Source: Octopus sinensis (Eukaryota). Taken from it: a stretch of 64,000 nt of DNA. Both the position numbers and the translations under genes were made by a program. Where the stretch lies: NCBI RefSeq assembly GCF_006345805.1, contig NC_043000.1, positions 152,396,001 to 152,460,000 of the forward strand. Direction: 5' to 3'. Positions 12,103 through 24,169 of this stretch are shown here, piece by piece. A model generated the notes under the pieces. The model saw only the letters and a program-made list of their open reading frames with translations, ran no database searches and was not told where the DNA came from. Position 1 is the first letter of the stretch; every line of letters starts with the position of its first letter.

Positions 12103-12829
12103 TATCTCCCCATTAAAAACTCGGGTTATTTCCATATATAAAAAAGAAAACCATCGCTCTTTTTCAAGTGAGCTTTATATACGCTTATCTTATTAAGGTT
12201 TCTTGAGATTAATTTACATTTAAGATGTTTTAAGAACTAATATAAATACTATCTTCATAATAAAACAAAAAACCAAACATGGCAATTTTAAAGATTTGTT
12301 GTAGAGTTAAATCTTAATAAATATTCTCTTTTTGAGAAAGGTTTTTCGAAGATAGTTCAGTCGGGAAGAGTCCACCGGCAAACGCGCGCGCACGCACACA
12401 CACACACACCCACCCGTGCGCGCACACACACATAATAAATCCCCCCACAGTGGAAAGTCCAGTAGAAAGGAAGACGGGGGAAGAAAATCGCCAACGATTC
12501 ACATTGGATTCTATTGGACTTTTCTGTATTTGTGAAGAAGAGCGTTGTTCGAAACGTTAAACCACCTTTCTTTCCTTCCCTGAGCGTCTGCTATTACTTT
12601 ACATATACCACGTCCTCGCGTTGCTGTTTTTTTTTTTTGCGTTCGTTCTTCTTTTTTTTGGGGGGGGGGGATTTACTATACACCGAACGCTCACACGGAC
12701 CCCGACCTTCTGACTGACTTTGGAGTACCTAATTCGAGGAATTCTTTCTACCATCCGATTATTTTACCTTGTTCATTCGGAATTCGCCATTTCTGCACCT
12801 TGATTGTAATCATATACATACACACACGA

Positions 12830-12860
<31 letters not shown>

Positions 12861-13491
12861 TGTATGTATGTATGTATGTATGTATGTATGTGTGTATGTA
12901 TCGGTATGTATTGCCAGTATGCAAAATGGAAGAACGGTGATTGAAGTTGTAAAGAGATATTTATTTGCCGTAACTTTGTATATATCCAAAACCACGCCGG
13001 GTTGGTATGTATAACTCGTAAATGGAAAAGCATGTGAGGTAAAAAGGGTTAATTTCGGCCGGTATGTGTGTACACGATCTCATAGTAGTATATATAGAGA
13101 GAGAGACGGTAATGTTACAGAGAAATGAAAGCGAGAGAGTGTGGGGCGAGACAGCTTCTTCGTTGGTTAATTCCATAGATGTCATTCTGCGAAGTTACCT
13201 CAGTCGAGACAGCATTTCGCTTGAGCCGGTCAGTCGCTCTCATTAATTTCTTTTATTTGGTACACAGGCCATGATAGAGGGGACAGCACAAGGACAAAAC
13301 AAAAAAAACATTTAGGAGTTGGGGTTATATATTAGTAAGTTCGTCTAAAAATCGAATATAGTGAAATCGGATGAATTTACACAGTACAATGAAATCGAAA
13401 TGAATATAAAAATTAAACGATGGTATATTTTTCTGGTTTGTGTTCGACCCGCCGGTTTCCCCCTCCCTTTTTTTTACCTTTTATAATACTA

Positions 13492-13901
13492 TACTCTTTT
13501 TTCTCTTTTACTTGTTTCAGTCATTTGACTGCGGTCATGCTGGAGCACCGCCTTTAATCGAGCAACTCGACCCCGGGACTTATTCTTTTGTAAGCCCAGT
13601 ACTTATTCTATCGGTCTCTTTTGCCGAACCGCTAAGTAACGGGGACATAAACACACCAGCATCGGTTGTGAAGCAATGCTAGGGGGACAAACACAGACGC
13701 ACAAACACACACACGCATATATATATACATATACACGACGGGCTTCTTTCAGTTTCCGTCTACCAAATCCACTCACAAGGCTTTGGTCGGCCCGAGACTA
13801 TAGTAGAAGACACTTGCCCAAGGTGCCACGCAGTGGGACTGAACCCGGAACCATGTGGTTGGTAAACAAGCTACTTACCACACAGCCACTCCTGCGCCTA
13901 T
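13492..13901 (-). mobile_element. SINE family A, full length
   Basis: Complete reverse-complement copy from head taggcgcaggagtggctgtgtggtaagtagc to the (gtaaaaga)n tail. Confidence 0.9.
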
Positions 13902-15749
13902 ATTTTTTTCTTCCCTTTTTTTTTTACTTTTTTCCCCGTTCAGACCGGCTACACTAGCGCGGCCCCATTCACTCTCATCTTCCTTACGACATTTGTCCAT
14001 CTTTTCTCAAACATTCTTCGAGGCAGAAACCCTTTCTCCTGACTGATATTTCTGGACAGGTGGTAGTTAAAAAAAACTAACCAATCCGTGTCTCCGGAGA
14101 TAAGGTCCCTGTCTCAATTCCTCTCCCACGCGTCACCCATACTCTCTCTTTCAATACGACTACTATGCAGAAAAATGACGTCTTCTTATCCTTGTTAAAG
14201 GAGGGAGGCGGCATAATCTTTGCTTGGGAATCTTCTGTATATATAATTATCGCTAGATTGCAAGAAAGAGAGACATACCGTTATCCAAACAATGGGTATT
14301 TTGGGAGGTTTATTGTTCTGTCAGTTTAACTCTCCACTGCAGACAAAAGGTTAGCAGGGGTCAAGTGGCAAAGATATTATGCCGCCTAGCGAAGGCATCT
14401 GGCAAATGTAACTGCTGTCAACTTAATGTTTCTCTATGAGAAAAGTCTGTTGTACTGTTAAGCGAAATTTGGCGATTGAAGATCGAATCCACGCTATGCC
14501 TGCATGAAGCCACTATATGAGTTTAAGCGGCCCACAAGCCAGACGAGGAAAAAAATACGTGGGTGTACCTTAAATGAATTTAAAAGAAACAAAGAAAGTA
14601 AATGAAAGAAGCTTGTCAACGAATTCCCTAGGGAGATAAAAGAAAAACGAAAGAAATAAAAAAAAAAATGAAAATAAGAACAACGTGAACTATGACAAAA
14701 TTTACAAGAACAACTTCAACAGAAACGTCAAGAAAAGAAGCAATGATGATAAAAGGTGTGGGTGTATACTTATACATATATACAAACATACGTACACATA
14801 CATACATGATGGCCGTCCATCCATACATACATACACACACACACACATATATCCACACAGACCAGCGTTGGTGATTGACGACGTTGAAAAGCTGGTTAGT
14901 ATTTAAAATCTCCCTAGCTATTAAAATCTGGAGACAATATTCTCCTTACCAAAAAAAGAAAGCATAAATCATGCTTATAAATCATAAATCAACCTTATAT
15001 ACATAAATCATACTTATAGGCACATATACACACACATAAATAAAAATGCCTACATGTATACGAATATATAAATATAAAGCTATATACATACGTAAATGTA
15101 TGTATACATGTATGTAGATTTATATATATATATATATATATATACAAGATAAGAAAATGGAGAAATACATCTAAATCAAATTTATTTCTCCATTTTCTTA
15201 TCTTGTATTAGTAATTTGTGGTAAATCATTTTACCTTTGCCCATATAATAATAATAATAATAATTGTGTACAGTGCTCAGGTGCACTACAACTCATCTAA
15301 AGTGTATATATAATCAGGTGTAGTTTCGGCGGATTTCGGAAAGCATGAGGGCTTTAAAAGATGCAGTGTCATGGCAGTCAACAACTGACGCAGGCAGTTT
15401 ATTCCATGCTTCAGCAACTCTGAGCGTGAAAAAATGTTTCCGAAAGTCATGGGAGCTGTATTGTTTTCTGACTTTGTAGGCATGTCCACGTGTGTTAGAC
15501 GTAATTGAATTGATTGCATCGCAATCATTAACATTTATGTATTAACTTTGTTGGGTACTTCACTAGCAGTATATTGGATATATGCTATCCCATGGAGGGT
15601 TGCATTTACAACCCCTATCTCAATTTGTATATATATATATATATATATACATACAAAATAAACATGAAAAGATAGAAGATGAAACATCGTATTGAATGGG
15701 ATAATATTTTTATAACAAATCATATAAAAAGTAAGATTAAACATCTTAT

Positions 15750-16415
15750 TGAAGGCATATTGAGGAGGCCAAACGTCAACAATGTTTTGAAGTATTGAAT
15801 CAAAAGGATCTAACTCTTTTAATCCAATCCTATGTCGCCACATAAACTCTGTGAGTGCCATTTTGTCTTTTATTTTTTTCTTTAACACTCTTCCAAAGTC
15901 TTTCAATATTTTGGGTGTGAGCTCCATTCGTAGGATTGACAAAGTGTAGAGAAGGATTCACAGTGAGATGTTGAAAATGACCAATATTAATTATATTTTT
16001 ATATGCTGAACATTCGTCACTTATGATGGTAGTACCCGGTCTTCTATTATCTTCTATTATTGGAAGAAGTGTTGTCGCAGACCTGTCAAGGACAACAAAC
16101 ATGAAACATTCTTTTGTTTCTCTACAAATACCTCCAAAAACCCATTGTTGAGGTACTTGACGTCCGACGCAATTTTTTTCTTTTAGTGAACATATTTTCG
16201 TCGATTTCAGCAGTCATGTTGTATCCTCCGATCACTCTTGGGTTAGCCAAAATGTGTGCAGCACAAACTTCTCTCAAATAGTTATTCCAGTCCACAATGC
16301 AATTGGCTTTCATTTCAAGGTCATGTTTACAAAATTTGATATTTGTTATAGTTAATAGTTCACAAAATTTGATAGTTGATATATGTTTAAGATAACTTGA
16401 AAGGAGATAACCCAA
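15750..16415 (-). pseudogene. Merlin/ISXO2-like DDE transposase, frameshifted and N-terminally deleted
   Basis: Motifs VDWNNYLREVC, IGG...AEIDE, QQWVFGGICRETKECF (across a frameshift), PGTTIISDE, HLTVNPS.HFVNP.GAHTQNIERLW and EFMWR...DPFDSIL. Confidence 0.9.
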
Positions 16416-16996
16416 GCATTTAGTGGGGAGATAACCCCATTTTTAATGGTAATTTCTTTTAATGGGCGTGAGATAACCAAAAAGTACCGTGAACTGTATA
16501 TAAAATTTCAAATTAAAAGCAGGTCTTGTAATGTAGACATTATCTGTTGCGCATACATAGTGTTTGTATTTTGTATATAGACAGCAAAATGGCGTATAAA
16601 CAAAACACATACTTTTCGTATGTCGTATGCGCGACTGGTAATGCTTACACTATTAGAGCCGCTTTTAATTCGAAATTTAATTTTGTTTCACATGTACAAC
16701 GCTACAGCAGCACTTAAGCAAATAGACTCGACACTATTGCATACGTGTCTCACACCAGCGATTCAATTTGTTTTGAGGTGAAATGAGTAAATAGTACTGA
16801 GGAACTATAAAACGGTAGCGCAATATCAACATAGGCGCAGGAGTGGCTGTGTGGTAAGTAGCTTGCTAACCAGCCACATGGTTCCGGGTTCAGTCACAAT
16901 GCGTGGCATCTTGGGCAAGTGTCTTCGGCTATAGCCCCGGGCCGACCAATGCCTTGTGAGTGGATTTGGTAGACGGAAACTGAAAGAAGCCCGTCG

Positions 16997-17039
<43 letters not shown>

Positions 17040-17052
17040 ATATATGTATAAT

Positions 17053-17410
17053 CATTATCGTTCAGTGTCTGCTTTCCATGTCTGCTTTCCATGTTGACAA
17101 GGGTTTGACAGTTTCACTGAAACTGGTAAGCCAGAGAACTGTACCAGGTTCCAGTCTGATTAGGGCTTGGTTTCTAAAGTTGGATGACCTTCCCAACACC
17201 AACCACTCCAAGAGTGTAGTGGATGCCTTTTACGTGTCAGCGGACTCCGGCCACAATTACGATTTCACTTGAGTCTTCTCAAGCACTGCAAATCGCCAAA
17301 GGTTTCAATAACTTGTCATTGCCTCTGTGAGACCCAACTTTCGCAGAATGTGCTTCACCACTTCGTCCCATGCCTTTCTGGACCTACCTCTTTCACAGGT
17401 TCCCTCCGCA
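17053..17410 (-). mobile_element. 3' end of an RTE-clade LINE (ORF C-terminus plus 3'UTR)
   Basis: The - strand reads EGTCERGRSRKAWDEVVKHILRKLGLTEAMT..LWRFAVLEK. The 3'UTR shares ctggatg(t/a)ccttcc...ccaaccactc with the repeats at 58960 and 63635. Confidence 0.7.
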
Positions 17411-17585
17411 CACACACACGCACACACACACACACACATTCTGTTTACCAATCTACCTCTCTTGATTTTGGGTTTTAGGTATATATCGGGTATTCGGGCT
17501 GAATTTGACAGTTTTCATAAAAGGAAGAAAAATAGATAAAATCCCAGACAAAACAAAAGTATTTTCAAAATCAAAAAATATCAAC

Positions 17586-17995
17586 TAGGCACAGGAGTGG
17601 CTGTGTGGTAAGTAGCTTGCTTACCAACCACATGATTCCGGGTTCAGTCCCACTGCGTGGCATCTTGGGCAAGTGTCTTCTGCTATAGCCCCGGGCCGAC
17701 CAAAGCCTTGTGAGTGGATTTGGTAGACGGAAACTGAAAGAAGCCCGTCGTATATATGTATATATATATTTGCGTGTGTGTGTTTGTGTGTCTGTGTTTG
17801 TCCCCCTAGCATTGCTTGACAACCGATGCTGGTGTGTTTATGTCCCCGTTACTTAGCGGTTCGGCAAAAGAGACCGATAGAATAAGTACTGGGCTTACAA
17901 AAAGAATAAGTCCTGGGGTCGAGTTGCTCGATTAAAAAGGCGGTGCTCCAGCATGGCCGCAGTCAGATGACTGAAACAAGTAAAAGAGTAAAGAG
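17586..17995 (+). mobile_element. SINE family A, full length
   Basis: tRNA-like head, internal (TA)/(TG) tract and gtaaaagag tail. Confidence 0.9.
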
Positions 17996-18009
17996 ATTAT
18001 AACGAGGAG

Positions 18010-18720
18010 ATAACTATTTAATCAAAGTAGCCGCCCCCAGCTTTTACCATAGCCTCAAGATTGTTCCAGAACTTGGTGCAGGCGTTTTTCTTTGCGTCCC
18101 AGGGTTGACCTTGACACACTTCTTTAATCTCGGCCATCAGCTTGTTTTTGGTGTTGGAAGCAGACAGAGAGAGTGGCTGTGTCTTCTTCAACTGCGTGAC
18201 ACACAGTAATCAACAGGATCACAATCAGGGTAATTGAACCAGAAATTAGAGCTGGTGAAGTCGTAGAAATTCTCCAGCAACTACTTCTGACTCTTTCCAG
18301 AGGTATGGCAAGGAGTTGAATCCTACTGCCACACATATGATCTTCCAGCAGCAACCACTCCAGCCAGGATTTGACCACAGTTTCCAGTAGCTTTACATGA
18401 CCATTTGAATTGAGCCCAAGACCCTGTTCAAAGATGTGGAGATGAATTCTGGCACGTAAACACATTCAGTATGCCTGCTGTGTTCCTACCTGCTGGACAC
18501 AGCTTTGTAGTCTCAGTTGCAGCTGCCCATATCATGTCTTATAGCATTTACAATCTTCACAGAGCATTGGGCAGCAGTCATGATGTCAGCATTCTGATAT
18601 CCGACGAGAACCATCATGATACAGGTAACTCTTTTTCAACATTGAGATGGCTTCCATCCTCTATCAGCTAATTGTTTCTCAACTGCAACTTTAAAACCTT
18701 TTTGTTCTCCAACAGCGGAT
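18010..18720 (-). pseudogene. Tc1/mariner-superfamily transposase remnant
   Basis: HIFEQGLGLNS.GHVKLLETVVK.WLE, then by frameshift GRSYVWQQDSTPCHTS and the DFTSS region. These are the DDD/E catalytic-domain motifs, with stops and frameshifts. Confidence 0.7.
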
Positions 18721-19415
18721 ATATGTACCAAAAACCAAAGATCTTTAAAAATAATGTCTTAAAGTTAGCATACTCGTAGTGATTTGGTGGTAAAGATGTA
18801 TTTGTATGCATAGGTGTAATTTGGAAAAGTAGTGATGGGGACATTATTTCCTTTAGTTCAGATAATAAGCTCCCCCACCAAAAAGTTAAAGAAAAAAATA
18901 GTGGTGTAATTAATAATCTTGTAGAGTTGATTCGAAACCTCAGCGGCTTGGTTATCGGTCAGACGACACGATAGAACATCTACAGTTTCACGTGATCGGT
19001 ATATTAATCGACCAATTAGTGTAAGGCTGTGGCATGGTATGGTTTTCTCGAACGTTCTAGAATTTCGCTTCCAGTTCCCTATAAAAACCGTTTGGCGTGC
19101 AGTTTAGGGAGTAGACGGCTAAAGGCAGACAACCAGGAACCTCTGTCACCAAAGAAATTTACGCGGCTGGCTTCGAATATTTTGAGGCCAACCATATATT
19201 GTTACACAGATAGCTTTCAATAATTTCAAAATAGTTTGTCTCTCTCTCAGTCGGAAAATTTTTGTCTGGCAATAAACAATTAAATATTTGCGAGTTGTTT
19301 CAGTTATCATTCACGCAGCCAACGAAATATCTCTTCATTGACCAGCTCAACTTGAACGACAGACAGGCGACAACCTCATTTTACTTTACCAGTGTGGTAT
19401 GGCTGTAAGCAAATA

Positions 19416-20175
19416 TATTTCTTTACTGCCCACCAGGGGCTAAACATAGAGGAGACAAACAAAGACAGACAAACGGATTAAGTCGATTACATCGACCCCG
19501 GTGCGTAACTGGTACTTAATTTATCGACCCCGAAAGGATGAAAGGCAAAGCCGACCTCGGCGGAATTTGAACTCGGAACGTAACGGCAGACGAAATACCA
19601 ATTTTTATTTCTTTACTACCCACAAGGGGTTAAACACAGAGGGGACAAACAAGGACAGACAAACGGATTAAGTCGATTACATCGACCCCAGTGTGTAACT
19701 TAATCTATCGACCCCGAAAGGATGAAAGGCAAAGTCGACCTCGGCGGAATTTGAACTCAGAACGTAACGGCAGACGAAATACCTATTTTTATTTCTTTAC
19801 TACCCACAAGGGGTTAAACACAGAGGGGACAAACAAGGACAGACACACGGATTAAGTCGATTACATCGACCCCAGTGTGTAACTGGTACTTACTTTATCG
19901 ACCCCGAAAGGATGAAAGCCAAAGTCGACCTCGGCGGAATTTGAACTCAGAACGTAGCGGCAGACGAAATACCTATTTCTATTTCTTTACTACCCACAAG
20001 GGGCTAAGCACAGAGGGGACAAACAAGGACAGACACACGGATTAAGTCGATTACATCGACCCCAGTGTGCAACTGGTACTTAATTTATCGACCCCGAAAG
20101 GATGAAAGCCAAAGTCGACCTCGGCGGAATTTAAACTCACAACGTAACGCAGACGAAATACCGCTAAGCATTTTC
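19416..20175 (-). mobile_element. SINE family B tetramer, 5'-truncated head, with 18-bp TSD
   Basis: Four ~185-bp body units. The direct repeat tatggctgtaagcaaata occurs at 19398-19415 and 20176-20193. Confidence 0.9.
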
Positions 20176-20649
20176 TATGGCTGTAAGCAAATAACTACTA
20201 CTTTTACTGCGGCTAGAACATACATATTAACACGTAAATAACAAAACAACACACATAAAAGACATACAGAGTTGAACAAAGAAAGCATGCTTAGACTTTC
20301 GCGCGGGAATTTATATGTATTTAGATTCATATCGGGGGTTTAACTGGAATGCATTCCAAGTACTCTGGTGTTTAGTCGGCAGTATAAACAACTAACAATG
20401 AAGCTAAATACTGGTATCAAATTTTTGGTGAAAGGCCAGCAAATTCGAGGGAGCGGGTAAGTCAGCTACATCAACCCCAGTGCTCATGTACTTTTTTATC
20501 GGCTTCGAAAAGATGAAAGGCAAAGTTGATCTTGGCGGAATTTGAGTTCAGAACGTAAAGACGGACGAAATGTTGCAAAGCGTTTTTGCCCAACCTTGTA
20601 ACGATTCTGCCAGTTTGCTGCATTAATGCTTGTTGCTAATATTTAGATA

Positions 20650-20681
<32 letters not shown>

Positions 20682-20804
20682 TATGTTTGACTTTTGCTTT
20701 ATGTTTGTACAAGTTGGCTCCAAGTCTCACCCAGAGACCTCAAGAGACAACAGGCTGGAAGTTCACGTTGTTGTTATGCCTAGTGTGCCATATATTATTA
20801 TTAT

Positions 20805-21370
20805 TATTATTGAGTGAGAGAGCAGTGCATGCCATCAAAGTGACACTGGGGTAAAATATACGAAGCCCAGTATACCCATCATGACTACCCGTCTGATAAG
20901 GGTACACAAAGCACATGCATCACAACCATATGCCTGCGACATGGTGATCTCATAACAAGATAAACAGCGTATGACCTTGCGGGTGGGGCCCAGTTAGAAT
21001 TTTCTTCTGGTTGGGTAACCCATCCCACTCAAAAGGTCCCTGATTAAGGGTTGTTTAAGGATGTTGAATGAAACACCCATGTTTCCAGAGGTGAATCATT
21101 CAAACTCCAAAGAATCCCTCTCAACACATGGCTATGATGCTCCCCGTCTACTTCTGCTCGTGATCAGAGATGGACATATCATCAGCCACTTAGGGACATG
21201 CTCAATTGGTTAAGGTCAAATAACTGGCAAGCAAATCTGTGGTATTGAGCAGAATATTTGCTGTAACCCATCTTTTATATGAAGACAAAACAATGTACAT
21301 GATAACACTTCCAGTCAGTTAAGATCAAAAGCCACGAGAACCACTGCCTGGTACTGCATCAGGGCATTTA
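20805..21370 (-). repeat. ~550-bp interspersed repeat ending in (AAT)n
   Basis: Reverse complement of 62530-63075; class not determined. Confidence 0.7.
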
Positions 21371-21611
21371 TTATTATTAGTTAAGGCGGTGAGATGGCAG
21401 ACTCAATACGTTGGACGAAATGTTTAGCGGTATTTCACTCGTCGCTACGTTCTGAGTTCGGATTCCGCCGAGTCGACTTTCCCTTTCATCCTTTCGGGAT
21501 CGATAAATTAAGTACCAGTGAAACACTGAGGTCGACTCATCCACTCCTCCTACATTTCAGGCCTTGTGCATTTAGTAGAAAGGATTATTATTATTATTAT
21601 TATTATTATTT

Positions 21612-22215
21612 AAGGTGGCGAGATAGCGCAGAGTAGTCAGCACGTTCGTCGAAATGCGTAGCCGTATTCCGTCTGCTGTTACGTTCTGAGTTCAAATTCC
21701 GCCGAGCTCGACTTTGCCTTTCATCCTTTCGGAGTCGATAAATTAAGTACCAGTTACGCACTGGGATCGATGTAATCGACTTAATCTGTCTGTCTGTTCT
21801 TGTTTGCCACTTCTGTGTTTAGTCCCTTGTAGGCAGTAAAGAAATAGGTATTTCGTCCATCGCTACATTCTGAGTTCAAATTCCGCCGAGGTCGACTTTG
21901 CCTTTCATCCTTTCGGAGTCGATAAATTAAGTACCAGTTACGCACTTGGATCGATGTAATCGACTTAATCCGTTTGTCTGTTCTTGTTTGTTCTCTCTGT
22001 GTTTAGCCCCTTGTGGGTAGTAAAGAAATAGGTATTTCGTCCATCGCTACGTTCTGAGTTCAAATTCCACTGAGGTCGACTTTGCCTTTCATTCTTTCGG
22101 GATCGATTAAATAAGTACCAGTTTAGTTCTGGAGACAATGTAATCGACTTAATCCCCTCCCCAAGCTGCCCTAGCGGCAAAGATTTGAAATCATTATTAT
22201 CATTATTATTATTAT
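21612..22215 (+). mobile_element. SINE family B trimer with a chimeric last unit
   Basis: Head, two bodies ending gtaaagaaatag, and a third body ending in the alternative tail cccctccccaagctg...gaaatc(att)n. Confidence 0.8.
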
Positions 22216-22524
22216 TTATATTTTCTCTTTATCATAGGTTTTGTTGGATCTCCTGGAGTCTTGCATCTGTAGCGATCTTACTACCTGCAGCCTACGGTAC
22301 CATGCTGTCCGTTCTTTTAAGATATCTAATACTTTCCTGATTATTCTGGCCGTGTCAAGGAGGCGAACTTTTTGTAACAGTTCTACTGGGCACTCTATTC
22401 CAATTTCCTTTATATTCCTTTTGATGTCTTCTGATACTGTTCCCAAGGACCAAACAATAATTGGCACTACCTTCACCTTCTTCATTTTCCATAGCCGGGT
22501 CATTTCGTACTCAAGAGGGTTCTC

Positions 22525-22596
<72 letters not shown>

Positions 22597-22626
22597 CCCA
22601 TCTATCTATCTATTTATCTACCCATC

Positions 22627-22657
<31 letters not shown>

Positions 22658-24038
22658 CTACCCATCTATCTATCTATTTATCTACCCATCTATCTATCTA
22701 TTTATCTACCCATCTATCTATCTATTTATCTATCTATCAACCTTTTGCCTTCCTTCTTGACTATTTGTTGGTCAAGGGGCATGCAACACAAGCAATATAG
22801 CATATGTGGTGCACCTTGTCCACCACCTCTAGGTCCAGTCTGTTATGCTCTAGCACCTGATCTGTTTGGATTCGGAAATCCCAGAGGATTTTGCGTGTCT
22901 CCAGCTTTTCCACTCTCTGCGGTTTGTACTCATACCGTGTCTTACCTCTCTCTACCCCCCACTTTTCGCACAATTTCCAATGTAGCACTTTCGCTACCTG
23001 GTCGTGTTGCCACAACTTGTAGTGGTTTTGGGCAAGTCTAGGGCATTTCTTCGTGATATGGGCAATAGTTTTATCCACTGTATTGCTGATACGGCACAGC
23101 AGAGACACTTGGTCATTCCTCAGGTTGATCTTCCGGTCCGTGGTCAGAGCTTGGTCCTGTGCTGCCAGTATACTGCTCTCGGTCTCTTTTTTTAGGGTTC
23201 TTTTCATCAGTCACCTAATTTTTCCATCAACTTCCGTTGTGACTACATGGAATTGATTGTGTAGACTCTTGTTGCGTAATTCTTCATGTCCTTTTTGTAC
23301 TTATTTCCTTTGTTTTCCTTTTTTTCTTTGTTCTCAATACTTCCTATTCCTAACTGTCATTAGCAAGGTTTCCTTACTTTAAGCTAGGTATCTCATTAAA
23401 CTTTCGAGTTCGATAGGCACAGTCTTCAACACTTACCAGTCCTCTTCCTCTGTTTGCTCTCTTCATGTATAGGCGAACAGTGTCTGCACGTGGATGATGG
23501 GCTCCAAGCATCGTTAGGAGCCTTCTTGACTTTCTGTCCGTCTCCTTTAGCTCATTGTCTGTCCTCTTAAGGATTCCAGCGCCATGCCGAACTACTGCGA
23601 CTGCGCGCGAGTTTATTGCCGAAATTATGTTTCTGGCACTCAGCTTTGAAGCCAATATTTTTCTCGCTCGCCGCAGGTACTCTTCTTTTGTCTTTTCTTT
23701 CTTGTCGTGGTGTTTAATTCCATCTGCCTCAAGTATTCCCAGGTATTTATAGCTGGATTGAGGTTGAATTACCTTCATCATTTCACCACTTGGCAACCAT
23801 ATGCCTTCTGTCCTGGCAAGCTTTCCTCGTCTCATCACCATGGTAACACATTTTGAGAGTCCAAACTCCATCTTAATATCATTGGAGAAAATCCGCACAG
23901 ACTGGGCTAGGCAGTCCAGTTCTACCTCAGTTTTTGTGAATAGCTTCAGGTCGTTCATGAATAGCAAATGGTTTAGTTTTCACTTAACTCTTCCCAGATC
24001 ATACCCCAACTTTGTTTTCTGTAGTATTTCACTCAAGG

Positions 24039-24045
<7 letters not shown>
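22216..24045 (-). pseudogene. 5'-truncated R4/Dong-like non-LTR retrotransposon (RT C-terminus, zinc knuckle, RLE)
   Basis: NHLLFMNDLKL (YMDD-type motif), YKYLG, LYMKR..GRGL, ILAAQDQAL, HDQVAKVLHW, ILWDFRIQTD and [24 protein letters not shown]. Interrupted by a (CTAT)n tract. Confidence 0.9.
22525..22738. repeat. (CTAT)n microsatellite inside the LINE
   Basis: Direct reading of the tetranucleotide tract. Confidence 0.95.
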
Positions 24046-24078
<33 letters not shown>

Positions 24079-24169
24079 TCTCGGTTTCTCGCTTACACAT
24101 CAATAATAATTATGAATGCTAAAGAAACAGCAACATATGTCAATGTGCATATTTCAAACGCCTTAAACT

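Larger units (their letters stand above)
11674..16488. mobile_element. Merlin (ISXO2/IS1016-like) element ends enclosing ~4.8 kb
   Basis: GGTACTTTTTGGTTATCTCACTCCCATTAAAA at 11674 is the near-perfect reverse complement of ttttaatgggcgtgagataaccaaaaagtacc ending at 16488. Subterminal gggttatctcc repeats occur at both ends. The 8-bp flanks do not match, so no TSD is visible. Confidence 0.65.

Noticed and set aside
13676-13957. Recurring peptide RRASFSFRLPNPLTRLWSARGYSRRHLPK in many ORFs
   Set aside because: It is a translation of SINE family A, not a gene family.
14628-14906. Short ORFs suggesting a membrane or neuropeptide-like protein (KKR, DDKR)
   Set aside because: There is no signal peptide or splice support, the sequence is low complexity, and it lies next to a probable decayed transposase.
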